A stretch of DNA of 54,872 nucleotides. Origin: a virus (lineage: Duplodnaviria; Caudoviricetes). The position numbers and the translations under genes were made by a program. Within the stretch, counting starts at the first letter, position 1, and each line of letters begins with the position of its first letter. The notes beneath the pieces were generated by a model. It was not told the origin of the DNA. It searched no databases and worked only from the letters and a program-made list of their open reading frames with translations. Positions 19,491 to 29,600 of this stretch are shown piece by piece. The DNA lies in the IMG/VR virus record IMGVR_UViG_3300036317_000036, positions 1 to 54,872 of that record. One strand, given 5' to 3'.

Positions 19491-19882
19491 TGGACTCTCC
19501 ATTCTGAAATTCTGCCGTTGTAGTCGGGGTTTGTGCTTGGAATGAGCTCGCAATGTACATTGCCGTCTCGATCATAGCCGATCACGATATTGTCTCCCTC
19601 TGTAGCCATGTTCATTACGGGATTCCCCTGAAAATAGAGCCTGTACTCAGATCTTGTGGCGTGCGCTTCTCTGGCATCATACCAAGTGATAGCAGACTGA
19701 AATACTTGAGAATCTCCGCGAAGGGAGAACAAGGCTTGGAGTTCCAGCCTTGCCTCACCAAATATGCTTTTGAGCTGTGTTACGCCATTAAATTCATGCT
19801 GATTGGATCGGGCGGGATTAGCTTCAACGGCAGATAGAGTCTTTATACATGAACAACGGAATACCACTGGTTGAATTGACAT
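19487..19882 (-). CDS. Second stand-alone EcoRII-N-like DNA-binding domain
   Basis: KTLSAVEANPARSNQHEFNGV...TWYDARE...RSEYRLYF...GD, same fold pattern as its neighbour; RBS GAGG before MSIQP. Confidence 0.65.
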   Translation of the reverse strand: MSIQPVVFRCSCIKTLSAVEANPARSNQHEFNGVTQLKSIFGEARLELQALFSLRGDSQVFQSAITWYDAREAHATRSEYRLYFQGNPVMNMATEGDNIVIGYDRDGNVHCELIPSTNPDYNGRISEWRVQ

Positions 19883-19894
19883 AATTAGCACCTC

Positions 19895-19984
19895 TTATAG
19901 TAAAATCGGTTTCGTATTATTCTGAATATCCTGAAGTGGCAACTTCAGAGGAAATGTGCTCGTCTGGAAACTTGAGTTGATCAC
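19895..19984 (-). CDS. Possible 29-aa coupled ORF or gene remnant
   Basis: AAGGAG-N7-GTG overlaps the SNF2 stop; reads MINSSFQTSTFPLKLPLQDIQNNTKPILL* and fills the intergenic gap. Confidence 0.3.
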   Translation of the reverse strand: MINSSFQTSTFPLKLPLQDIQNNTKPILL

Positions 19985-21948
19985 TGTTTCACTCCTTTCG
20001 GAGTGTTGATTGGTGATAGCTGAAGTGCCCTTGCAATATCTGCGGTTTCCACCTCAGGAGCTTCGGTGCCAACTACAGCTACCTCCGCAAGTTGGCGTTT
20101 CCGATCCAAACGGTCGTTGATGACTTCTTCCACAGTATCTGGATAGAAAAGACGGTGGACAGTAACAGGCAGGATTTGGCCTCGCCGAAAAGCACGTGCA
20201 GTTGCCTGGTCCTCCACTGCCGGATTCCATTCAAGCGTATAGTGAATCACATGGTTGGCAGCAGTGATGTTCAGCCCTGTTCCCGCAGCCCTTGGGTTCA
20301 AAATCAGCACAGCAGAACCGGCAACAGCAGAAAAAGCATCGACCACTTCCTGCCTTTCTACTACAGGTGTTCTTCCATCAATTTGCCAGGATGGAATGGA
20401 GAAGCGTATTGGCAACTCACTGGTCAACAGATCAGACATAGAAATGAACGAAGTAAAGATGATAGCCTTTTCTTCGTTTAGAACTATTTCTTCAAGGATT
20501 TCGAGCAAACGACAGAATTTCGAGCTCTGCATTGGAGATATGTGTGCACCATTCGCATCTTCCTCCAAGAGGAGCGGATGAGTGCAGAACTGACGCAGGC
20601 GTAACAGGGAGATCAGAGTGGCAGACTTCCCGTATTCATCAGCGATCTGCTGCCTTATGAGATCATATTGCCCTATTTCGGCGTCACTCATATTGACCGG
20701 CTGCGGTATAATGATCTTCTCCGGAAGATCAGTGGCAACATCAGCAACTCTGCGTCGGAGCATGAGTGGGGAGACGACGGTTTCCAGCTTCTCCGCGCTT
20801 TGATAATCATCACCATAGGTGTGGTCAAATGCCTCGCGGGAACCTAACAGGCCCGGGCAGGAGAAGTCCATGATGGACCAAAGATCCGCCAGTTTGTTCT
20901 CAACGGGAGTTCCTGTAACAGCAATAGCGACCCGTCTTTTCAGTCCCTTGGCAGCTATAGCCCGGCGTGTTTCAGGGTTTTTGATCGCTTGGGCTTCATC
21001 CAGAACGACAAATCCCCACTCTATCATGCCAAAGAGCCCTTGATCCCTGACAGCTGTGTCGTATGAACACACAACAATATCATACTTCTTCAGTTGTGAG
21101 GGGAAGCCGGTACGTCCGTTGCCGGAATGGACATAAACCGTCATTCCGGGAGAGAATCGTGCAAACTCCCTTCGCCAGTTTTCAAGAAGCGTGGCCGGAG
21201 CAATAATCAGTGCTGGTTGATTCCATGCAACCTTGAAATAACTCAGAACAGCAATGACCTGAAGAGTTTTACCCAAGCCCATTTCATCAGCCAGAACACA
21301 TCCAAGCCCTTCTTCAGAAATACTCTTTAGCCAAGAAAAACCGTTTTTCTGGTAGGGGTACAAGTCGGCTTGGAAGCCGTTACATGAAAGGAGCTCCAGT
21401 GCCTGATCGCATCCACCATCGGATATGCTGCAGTCATTTGGCAGTTCTGATGCAGTTTCAACAGAAATCAATGAGGAATCCATCTTCGTGAGTTCCAGAG
21501 CCTGCCTGAGTGTAACTGGTCCTGAGACATCAGCCTTGATTTCATTCAGGATTGAGCGGATATCTTGGATGTTTTCAGGAATAAGCGGATACCAGCTGTC
21601 GTTGCCAACGATGATCTGGTCTGAGTGAGGCACCTGTTCAATGGAAAAGGAACGACCACCGGAAGAAGCACACAGTTCCACTGCCGGCCGCTGCAACGGG
21701 CTGGTCGGCATCCGGAGTTTTATTCTCAATTCACATGGGAAACGGTTAAAGCGAAGAACAGGCAAGTGATCTGACGGTTTTGCATCCACCACCACACCGG
21801 CAGCCTTCTGATACCCCTTGAATTCGACACGCACAATTTCTGCGGCGCTTACAGAACGCTGTTTTTTCGTAAGCTGTATGGCCACGACTCCATCTGAAAG
21901 TACCCAGTTTTTGAAGAGATCTTCTGTGTGTTCCCGCAGTTCCCCCAT
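19981..21948 (-). CDS. SNF2-family helicase/ATPase
   Basis: LYPYQ, LADEMGLGKT, LDEAQAIKN, TGTPVEN, GTGLNITAANHVIHY, WNPAVEDQATARAFRRGQ. Confidence 0.93.
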   Translation of the reverse strand: MGELREHTEDLFKNWVLSDGVVAIQLTKKQRSVSAAEIVRVEFKGYQKAAGVVVDAKPSDHLPVLRFNRFPCELRIKLRMPTSPLQRPAVELCASSGGRSFSIEQVPHSDQIIVGNDSWYPLIPENIQDIRSILNEIKADVSGPVTLRQALELTKMDSSLISVETASELPNDCSISDGGCDQALELLSCNGFQADLYPYQKNGFSWLKSISEEGLGCVLADEMGLGKTLQVIAVLSYFKVAWNQPALIIAPATLLENWRREFARFSPGMTVYVHSGNGRTGFPSQLKKYDIVVCSYDTAVRDQGLFGMIEWGFVVLDEAQAIKNPETRRAIAAKGLKRRVAIAVTGTPVENKLADLWSIMDFSCPGLLGSREAFDHTYGDDYQSAEKLETVVSPLMLRRRVADVATDLPEKIIIPQPVNMSDAEIGQYDLIRQQIADEYGKSATLISLLRLRQFCTHPLLLEEDANGAHISPMQSSKFCRLLEILEEIVLNEEKAIIFTSFISMSDLLTSELPIRFSIPSWQIDGRTPVVERQEVVDAFSAVAGSAVLILNPRAAGTGLNITAANHVIHYTLEWNPAVEDQATARAFRRGQILPVTVHRLFYPDTVEEVINDRLDRKRQLAEVAVVGTEAPEVETADIARALQLSPINTPKGVKQ

Positions 21949-21950
21949 GA

Positions 21951-23216
21951 TCAGCCTCTTTCTTTAAATGTTTTGGCTATTTCTTTAGCTGCAGAGCGGA
22001 TGGCCGGAACAACTACGCTATTGCCGATCTGTTTGTACGCTTGGGTCTTGGAGACCGGGAACACAAAGCGTTCAGGATCATATCCTTGGAGCTGCATTGC
22101 TTCTTCCACGGACAGTCGTCTTGGGCGGTCGCCTTTTTGCGCAATCAGGATCTCAGCCCCATCCTTATGGTACCTGGCGGAGATTGTCCTGGTAACAGTG
22201 TCATCGGCGATTGGAAAATGATGAATACCGTAGCCAAATCCATTTCCTTTAGCGGCGTGGTTTGCTTTGTGACGCTCCAGGGTATCCCATGTGCCCGGAC
22301 CGAGAGTGTATCCGGCAAGTTTTTTATGAATAATTGACGGTAGAGTCGGATAGCTGTATCCGGCTCCAGGTGCTCCAGGAATGATAATTTCATCCTTATC
22401 TATCTTGAGCTGCTTGGGATCATATCCAACAATGAAGATCCTTTCCCGGTGTTGTGGGACCCACTTTGCTCCGTCAACCACTTTCCAGTTGATCACATAC
22501 CCAAGGATATCTTCCAGTGCATGCCGGATTACTTCAAACGTTTCACCTTTGTTATGTGAGAGCAGGTTCTTCACGTTTTCCAGGATAAATGCCTTCGGGC
22601 GTTTGATACGAAGAATCTCTTTAATTTCAAAGAACAGCGTTCCTTGGGTTTCATCCTCAAATCCATGTTTACGTCCAAGCGAGTTCTTCTTTGAAACACC
22701 TGCCAGAGAAAACGGCTGACAGGGAAAACCGGCACAAAGCACATCGTGATCAGGGATTTCCTTTTTGGCTATCTTCCGGATATCACCATACGGGGCCTCC
22801 CCGTAGTTTGCCTCATATGTTTTTTTCGCATACTTATCCCATTCACTGGAAAACACACATTTGCCCCCCACATCTTGAAATGCTTGGCGGAAACCGCCGA
22901 TACCGGCAAATAGATCAATGAATGTAAAATCCCAAGCCTTTGGAGGAGGATATGGTAAACCATTCCAAGATAAAGAAAGCAGAGGTTGGTACGGTTCACT
23001 GTCTTCGGCTACTTTCCATCTGTCTTCAATTTCCTCTGGCTTGGTATAGCCCGGCAAAAGTTCGGAAAGGACACGTTTTTTGTGATATTCCGTAAAAAAC
23101 GGTGGAAGAGTATGGGGATATTGGAACCAATGCGTTAATGCCGCCCGAAGTTCCTTGCTCTCAGAACTTGATTCCAGTGCAGTGAGAGCTCTTTCTATAG
23201 CCAAATCATACTTCAT
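21951..23216 (-). CDS. dcm: DNA (cytosine-5)-methyltransferase, Dcm/EcoRII-like
   Basis: FIDLFAGIGG, AGFPCQPFS, ENVKNL, PQHRERIFIVG, GNSV. The TRD segment KGNGFGYG...RTISARYHKDG resembles CCWGG/CCNGG enzymes. Confidence 0.93.
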   Translation of the reverse strand: MKYDLAIERALTALESSSESKELRAALTHWFQYPHTLPPFFTEYHKKRVLSELLPGYTKPEEIEDRWKVAEDSEPYQPLLSLSWNGLPYPPPKAWDFTFIDLFAGIGGFRQAFQDVGGKCVFSSEWDKYAKKTYEANYGEAPYGDIRKIAKKEIPDHDVLCAGFPCQPFSLAGVSKKNSLGRKHGFEDETQGTLFFEIKEILRIKRPKAFILENVKNLLSHNKGETFEVIRHALEDILGYVINWKVVDGAKWVPQHRERIFIVGYDPKQLKIDKDEIIIPGAPGAGYSYPTLPSIIHKKLAGYTLGPGTWDTLERHKANHAAKGNGFGYGIHHFPIADDTVTRTISARYHKDGAEILIAQKGDRPRRLSVEEAMQLQGYDPERFVFPVSKTQAYKQIGNSVVVPAIRSAAKEIAKTFKERG

Positions 23217-23433
23217 TTCTTTTTCCTTCAGTCACATCGGGCTGTTGATCTGAAGCCGCGCCTCCAGCCTTAACCCATGCATCTACCTGATCTTTTTTGA
23301 ACTTCCACAGGCGGCCCATTCGGTGAGCGGGCATGCCGTGCTTATCGATCCATTTGTAAACGGTATCCTTACCGATACCGAGGTATTTGCATATTTCGTC
23401 CACTGACAACCAGCGATCATCTATTTCTGCCAT
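23206..23433 (-). CDS. Excisionase-family HTH DNA-binding protein
   Basis: WLSVDEICKYLGIGKDTVYKWI...MPAHRMGRLWKFKKDQVDAWV. Confidence 0.9.
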   Translation of the reverse strand: MAEIDDRWLSVDEICKYLGIGKDTVYKWIDKHGMPAHRMGRLWKFKKDQVDAWVKAGGAASDQQPDVTEGKRNEV

Positions 23434-23535
23434 GTCTCATACTCCTCTTGGGGGCTATTGCTTTTTGCCATGACCTCAACAGAGGCAGTTAAGGAATGCT
23501 GCAAATACAACACTCCCAAATTAATTCACCTTGCA

Positions 23536-23564
23536 AATATACTGATATGAACACCGGTTGTCAA
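23536..23564 (-). promoter_or_regulatory. sigma70 promoter of the defence operon
   Basis: Minus strand TTGACA-N17-TATATT, ~100 nt upstream of the HTH gene. Confidence 0.8.
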
Positions 23565-23573
23565 AAATTCTTT

Positions 23574-23591
23574 GCCGATTTAAGCCGATTT
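23574..23591. repeat. Direct repeat, candidate operator
   Basis: GCCGATTT twice with a 10-bp period, just upstream of the -35 box. Confidence 0.5.
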
Positions 23592-23598
23592 CGTTCTA

Positions 23599-24090
23599 TT
23601 ATGATGGATACCAGCATCCCGAGGCTATCCTCTCCGCATTATGGCCGAGCTTGTAATTGTACAGCCAAACGGGCCTGATCAAGTCGTTGGTCTCAACCGC
23701 CACCAGAACCCGTGTATAAACACAGCGACCATTCGGGTCGAATGCCTCCAGCCGATCTATGGGCGGCAGGTCGAAGCCGGGATTGGCGAAGGTCATCATC
23801 TCCCCGTGGACCAGATCCCAGTCGCCTTCGGGGCGGGTCATGGCATTTTCGGGGAGTTTGATGGTGTTCTGTATTCGGGTATCGGCCAGCGGATCGGCGG
23901 TGCCGATGGCCAGAACTGAGCTCTCCGGGACTTCCAAGGCCGGGAATCCGGCTGGCAGGTGGTAGAGCCTGCCCCAAGTGGTGGCGGGTTCGATGCTGAT
24001 GGCCCGGGTGCAGAACCGGTCAAAGTTCCAGAATCCCTTTTTCAGGGTTCCGTAGACAAAAAGCCGGAGATGGTTGTCGTTATTCTTCAT
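23599..24090 (-). CDS. Gamma-glutamylcyclotransferase (AIG2-like)
   Basis: LFVYGTLKKG, GRLYHL, VHGE, IDRLE, YTRV. Confidence 0.88.
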   Translation of the reverse strand: MKNNDNHLRLFVYGTLKKGFWNFDRFCTRAISIEPATTWGRLYHLPAGFPALEVPESSVLAIGTADPLADTRIQNTIKLPENAMTRPEGDWDLVHGEMMTFANPGFDLPPIDRLEAFDPNGRCVYTRVLVAVETNDLIRPVWLYNYKLGHNAERIASGCWYPS

Positions 24091-24884
24091 GCTTTCACTC
24101 CTTCGGGTAAGGTTCCTTTACGTTCCTGACAGACAAATCTGAAGGGATGGCTTTGCCACTCTTTGAGGGCTTCATGGCGGAAGGTCATCATGGTGAGCGG
24201 TGGTATTTCCAGCTCGCGCCAACCGTGCAGGTCATCCAGAGCGGCTTCGATGTATTCGGGTTCCGAGGCGTAGAGCACCGCCCGGTGTTTGCGGCTGTAA
24301 CGCAACGACAGCGGCTTGTTCCCCTTGATGACGGTAATGGCCCCGGGATCGAGCCGTGAGGCCATCACGGCGCTCATTTGGCCCCGACAAAGGCGCAGGG
24401 CTTTGCGGAAGCCTCTGCCGTCGATGGTTCCGTCGGGTGCAAAGCGATCGGCCAGCCGGAAAAGCAGCTCGCTGTCCACTTCGGCATAGCGCGGCAGGCC
24501 GAGCCTGCGGAACAGGTAATCGGCGTTGTAGATGGTGCCATTATGGGTGCCGATGATGATGCCGGAGCGGATCGGATGGTTGTTGCGGCTGTTGTCTTCA
24601 CTGCCCCGGGTACGCCAGCGGGTATGGCCCATGAGGATGGTGGTATGGTTGTCCACCTCGGCCATCAGCTCATGAAAGGTCGATTCCCTGACCAGCCGGT
24701 GTGCCCGGATGGGCCGTTTGAAAAGCCGGAAGTCACCGTCGGTTCGGAGCCATGCCATGCCGCTGGCGTGGGGACCGCGCTCCTCACTGCAGAGCAGCAT
24801 GCGGATAAAGACCTCGTTCAGGTATTCCCGCTCGGCAATGCGTCGTCGCTTCTGGCCGAAGATGATGCCTACTTGTCCGCACAT
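24087..24884 (-). CDS. Class II (Ntn) glutamine amidotransferase
   Basis: N-terminal MCG, RGPHASG, GHTRWRT, NNHP, HNGTIYN, DSE, YASE. Confidence 0.9.
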   Translation of the reverse strand: MCGQVGIIFGQKRRRIAEREYLNEVFIRMLLCSEERGPHASGMAWLRTDGDFRLFKRPIRAHRLVRESTFHELMAEVDNHTTILMGHTRWRTRGSEDNSRNNHPIRSGIIIGTHNGTIYNADYLFRRLGLPRYAEVDSELLFRLADRFAPDGTIDGRGFRKALRLCRGQMSAVMASRLDPGAITVIKGNKPLSLRYSRKHRAVLYASEPEYIEAALDDLHGWRELEIPPLTMMTFRHEALKEWQSHPFRFVCQERKGTLPEGVKA

Positions 24885-25210
24885 AGGTCATCCTCCTTGT
24901 CAAAGGTGTCCTCCTGCGGCAGGTCGATGAAGGCGTCATCCGGCAGAAACTCCACCAGTCCATGCTTTCCCAGCAGGGTCAGAAATTCGGCTGCGGCCGC
25001 TTCGGGATCTTCAGGCAGCTTGAGTTTCCGGTCCGGCTCGATGCGGCAGAGCACACCGAGCATGTAATCCCGGGCGGTCGCTTCGATGGTGAACGGCGTC
25101 TGGCCCTTCATGATCTCCACCAGCTCCGCGCAGTTTTTGCCTTCCAGAGCGATGCCGTCTGCCTCCAGCGGTTCGCCGTCCAGTGTCGTCGAGTGGATCA
25201 GTATCTTCAT
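24869..25210 (-). CDS. Acidic hypothetical protein in the amidoligase operon
   Basis: 113 aa, GGAGG RBS, overlaps both neighbours. Confidence 0.75.
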   Translation of the reverse strand: MKILIHSTTLDGEPLEADGIALEGKNCAELVEIMKGQTPFTIEATARDYMLGVLCRIEPDRKLKLPEDPEAAAAEFLTLLGKHGLVEFLPDDAFIDLPQEDTFDKEDDLCADK

Positions 25211-26169
25211 GATTCACCTCCTAAAACAGAAAGGCCGGGATTAGACCCGGCCTCTGTGGTTTGAATGGTGGTTTCGGTTTCATCCGGTTTGGGACGACCG
25301 TTCTTGAAGGCCGCGTCACCGGGCATGTTTTTCATCAGGTGTAATCGGGCGGTTTTGAACTCATCCCCGATCAGGCCGAGGTGGAGCAGGAAGACCCGGA
25401 AGTCATACTTGGCGCTTTGCGGATCGAAGTCCCGCTTGCGGCTGGATGCGGCCCTGCCGTTGAGCGCCTTGGCGGCGATGCCCAAGCAGAACTGCAGGTA
25501 GGCTTTGATCTTTCCGGCATGCAGGGTCGCCTCGAACCAGCGGAACTCCACCGTGCCCCGATACCAGACGTTGTGCAGGTTGACTCCGTGGTAGCGCGTG
25601 TTGTCGTAATGCTGGGGCTGGTTGTTGTGGTAGCCGTACCAGATTCGGTTCAACTGGGCCTTGGTCTTGGGCCGTTGCCGTTCGATGTTCCGGATAAGCT
25701 CATCACTGACCGGACGAGTGTAGCGGCGCAGGCGGTCGTTGTTGATTCCGAGGGCATGGAGGATCAGCGGCTCCTGTTTGTAAACCACCTTGGCAAGGTT
25801 GCCCAGTTTGCGCCCGTCGAAGGGTTCGGCGTCGATATGGATATGAATGCCGCACTGGCTGTTGATTTTTCCACCGGCCTTGCGGATGGCTCGAACCACC
25901 TCCTGCAGTTGCTCGAGGTCGTCATAGGTCAGCACCGGGCTCACCAGCTCCGCCCGCAGGTGCGATGGCACATTGGTCAGGGAGGCGTCGTTGACCACCT
26001 TCCACTTGCGGCCCCGCAGGTCCTCCACCTCCCAAGGATCGTAGCAGGACGGTGCGCCGATATGCCTGACATGGCCGCCAACCACCGAGTGGATTGCCCA
26101 GGCTATCTGTTCCCGGGTGCGTTTTACGGTCTCGATCTCGATTCCGTATCTGAGTTCTCTTAAATCCAT
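25207..26169 (-). CDS. Putative amidoligase (COOH-NH2 ligase, Amidoligase_2)
   Basis: YGIEIET, DASL, ELVSPVL, CGIHIHI, RYHGVNL, TVEFRWF. Confidence 0.9.
   Translation of the reverse strand: MDLRELRYGIEIETVKRTREQIAWAIHSVVGGHVRHIGAPSCYDPWEVEDLRGRKWKVVNDASLTNVPSHLRAELVSPVLTYDDLEQLQEVVRAIRKAGGKINSQCGIHIHIDAEPFDGRKLGNLAKVVYKQEPLILHALGINNDRLRRYTRPVSDELIRNIERQRPKTKAQLNRIWYGYHNNQPQHYDNTRYHGVNLHNVWYRGTVEFRWFEATLHAGKIKAYLQFCLGIAAKALNGRAASSRKRDFDPQSAKYDFRVFLLHLGLIGDEFKTARLHLMKNMPGDAAFKNGRPKPDETETTIQTTEAGSNPGLSVLGGES
25223..25253 (-). terminator. Intragenic terminator-like hairpin
   Basis: AGGCCGGG-tctaat-CCCGGCCT followed by TTCTGTTTT, in the last codons of the amidoligase gene. Confidence 0.45.
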
Positions 26170-26348
26170 TCACAGTCTCCGTTTTACGGTTTCTAACTTG
26201 TTGCCGGGCTTGTGTTTAAGCCTTCAGCTTACATGTGAATGAATGCTTTAATTCCGTCAGAAAGCAAGTAGAAGAACAGAAAGAATCGACATTTAACACC
26301 TTTATTTTCAACATGTTACGATACTGGCCGCATTCAGGCGAACACATC

Positions 26349-26389
26349 AAAAGAAACGCCCCGGAAGCGTGCTGGCGTTCCGGGGCGTT
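26349..26389 (-). terminator. Rho-independent terminator ending the virion operon
   Basis: 12-bp stem AACGCCCCGGAA/TTCCGGGGCGTT followed by TCTTTT on the minus strand. Confidence 0.8.
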
Positions 26390-26415
26390 GGCTGTTTTTA
26401 ACGGATGGGATGGGC

Positions 26416-26673
26416 TCAGGAATCTGGGCTGCTACCCGTGATCAGGCTGGTATGAATGGCCGCATTTCGGGTTTCATCCTGCTTCATCTTATCCAGAAAG
26501 GCGGTACAGGCTTCGGCCTCATCGAGCGGCAATCCGAGTTCCTCCTCCAATCGGCCCAACCTGTGATGCAGGTTTTCGATCAGATTGAAGGAATGATCCC
26601 GAACCAGTCCTTCCCGCTTTTCCTGTGGAGACGGTATGAATTCGGTCATCCCGCCACGGCGTTTAACGATCAT
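26416..26673 (-). CDS. Hypothetical phage protein (85 aa)
   Basis: GGAGG RBS; last gene before the terminator. Confidence 0.7.
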   Translation of the reverse strand: MIVKRRGGMTEFIPSPQEKREGLVRDHSFNLIENLHHRLGRLEEELGLPLDEAEACTAFLDKMKQDETRNAAIHTSLITGSSPDS

Positions 26674-26686
26674 TTAATGGCCTCCA

Positions 26687-29600
26687 TCAGCTCAGAGTTG
26701 CACCAAGGGTGTGAATCCTCGGATAGGTCAATACGGTTCCGGTCATCTCGGCTTTGTAGCGCACCTTGCTACCCGACGGATCGCTGAAGGTTCTGACCAG
26801 CGTGTATTCGGTCCAGTCCTCATCGATGGGCCGGGTGTCATCGACAATCAAGGCTTCCCATGTTTCACCGCCGTCATTGGAGGCGAACCACTGAACGCTG
26901 GTGCCGCTGGGGATATCCATCTGGGTGTAGACCTTGGTGGATTCCACGCCCTGCGTCAGTTCGTTCTCACGGGTCAGATAGGTTCCGGAGGTATTGTTCA
27001 GGTAGCCGATCAGGTTGACATCCCGGAAATTGAGCGCCGGAGTGTCGTTACCCATGCCGGTGCTGAAGCGCACCCTTACCAAAACGCCATTGGCCAGATT
27101 GGGCAGGCGCTCTTCCTCGGCCGGAACAACCGCATCCCATGTCACTCCGCCATCGGTAGAATATTCCCAGATAAGATGGGTGCCTTCAGGGATGGCCGAG
27201 TATTCATCGATGTTCAGATCAGAGAACTGCACACCGCTGACTGGCTGGAACTGGACCGTACCTTCGTTCTCGAACTCGTAACCATAGAGCTTCATGGTGA
27301 GGTCGGAGCCGTTGAGCGGAGTCCAGGTCTCGGCATTGGAGCTTTCCAGAAGCACACCTTCCGCATAGGTCTGCCGGGTGATGATACCCTGACGGCCGGT
27401 CTTGCCGAGGGTAGCGGTGCGTACCTTGTAATTGGTGCTGTTGGTCAGCAGGACCACCGCATAGCTGGTATTGGCTTCCGCGTAGAAGGGATCGTCGAAG
27501 CTGATCTTGGTTTCACCGCCGAGATTGATTTCCGACGGTGCGATTACCTTTTCGGCAAAGATGGTGTCGTTGGGCAATCCGGTGGTGACACCTCTAATCT
27601 GAACCGTTACCGGAATGGAGGCATCCCGCTGGGTGAACTGAATACCCACCGCCGACAGCACCCGGTTTTCCGTGAAGCTGAATGTCTGAGCCAACGGATC
27701 GCGGCGGACAAAGATGGTGCGGGTTCTCCAGACGGTACGCACCACCGGCACACGAACGATGCGGGTGATGATATTGGTCTGGATGAAACGCTGAATACGG
27801 GTGATTACCAGCGGATCATTGATCTGCAGGCTGGCCCGGGCGGTGTACTGACCATCGGCCATTTCCACGATACGGTTGCCGTTGCGGGCTTCCGTCGGCA
27901 CCGTGAAAGAGGCGGTCACACGTCCGGCATCGTCACTAACCAGATTGCTGGCCATGACACGACCGTCACAACGCAGAACAATCCCGGAGCGATCCGGCGT
28001 GAAGTTGATGCCTGTGACCGCAATACCGGTCTGACCACGGCGGCCGATATTGGGTGTGACCTGCAACATGGCAGGCGGCTTTTCAAAGACCGCATACGGG
28101 TTAATGTTGCGTTCCTCGGACCAGTCGCTCTGTTCGAGCACCACCTGTTCCGAACCCGGCAACAGCGCCAGACTGCCGAAGAAGCTGGCATCGCTGCTGC
28201 CTGAATCCACCTCGAGCGCCGTGGAAATAGCAGAACGATCCGGAGAGGCGAACTTGCCCAGTTCGTTTACCCGGGCATCCCACTCGGCGTGATAGATGTC
28301 CGACTGCGCCGTGTTGGAGAAGTCATCCGAATAGATGCCTTTCTTGGACTGAGCGTCGCGGTTCTGCAGCTCGTTGTTCATCTGATACTGGGCATCGTTG
28401 TATTTCAGGTCCTCCACATCCTTTATGATGTCATGGATCTGATCCATGGTGATGCGGGTGAGCCCGAAATTGCGGATGGTCATATCGGTGGAGTTGGGCG
28501 GGCAGTCGATACTGCACAGACCCAGTGTATCCTCCGGAACGATCGGCAGCTTGGGAAAGTCCGCCGGAGCGCCTTCGAGTCGTTTGATCTCCCGGGTGGT
28601 GGCGTAAATGATGTCCTTACGGCCAAGGAAATAATCGTAATCGATACTGCAGTTAGAGCCGTTGACCGGTTCATCACCCAACGCTCCGCGACCGAAGTTG
28701 ACCACATTGAGATTGCCCATCTCGATCTGGGTCGTGGACATGGAAACCGCCGCCGAGCTGCTGGCCGGTGGATTGGATGCCACGGGCTCGTCCACCGCAT
28801 CATCGATATAAGAGATGGCTTCGCTGCCCAGTTCCTTGATGCGCTGGAAGTCGGTTCTGGAGCCGTTGGTCGTGGCCCGGTAAACCCGGTAGCCGTTGGC
28901 ACCGTTGACCGGCAGCCATGAAAGACGGTTCATCTCTCCGGCCAGAGTCATTCTCGAAAGCACACTGCCGGAGTTGAAGGCGGTTTCACCGGAGCCGTCA
29001 AAAGCGGTCACCACATAATGATAGGTACCGGCCGTCGGATGGGCGGTAATGCCGAACCAGCCGCCGTCCACATAATCCTCGCCTTTGATCATCTGCTTGG
29101 TGTAGGTCCAGCGCACGGTATAGGTGGTACCGATGGCCGGTTCATTGCCGGAGCCGATCCAGTCCACATGATTGCCGGACTGCTGCCAGTCGATACCTTC
29201 CTGAAAAATGGTGGCCCCCTGACTGACTTCCAGAATATCGACGACCGGATTGGGATCGAGCAGATCCTCACCGCCGCCGACCGAGCCACGAGTCACATTG
29301 GCGGTCATCTCCACAATGGCTTCCACCTGCGTGGTCTCTTTGAGCGGTGTGGAGTTGACCGGGTAACGGCGCTGACTGATGTTGTAGGTCTTCTGTTCAC
29401 CACGCACCGACTTGATGGCCACCGACTTGGGAACCAGCGTGGAGGTGGGCAGATCCCGCTGATGGCGGAAGCCCTGAATGTAGGCCCGGCCCGCGTTGGT
29501 GATCACCTCGACGTCGGTATCATCCACCGAACCGATAAAACTGTCGAAACCGCTGACCAGATAGCTTCCCGCCTGATCGAAGGTACGCTCGGCAAGGTTC

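Noticed and set aside
19981-23216. DISARM or BREX call from SNF2 plus methylase
   Set aside because: No DrmA/DrmB/DrmC (PLD) or PglZ/BrxC genes in the cassette.
26238-26267. TTGCTT-N17-ATTCAT as the amidoligase promoter
   Set aside because: Position is plausible but the -10 match is poor; not supportable without TSS data.
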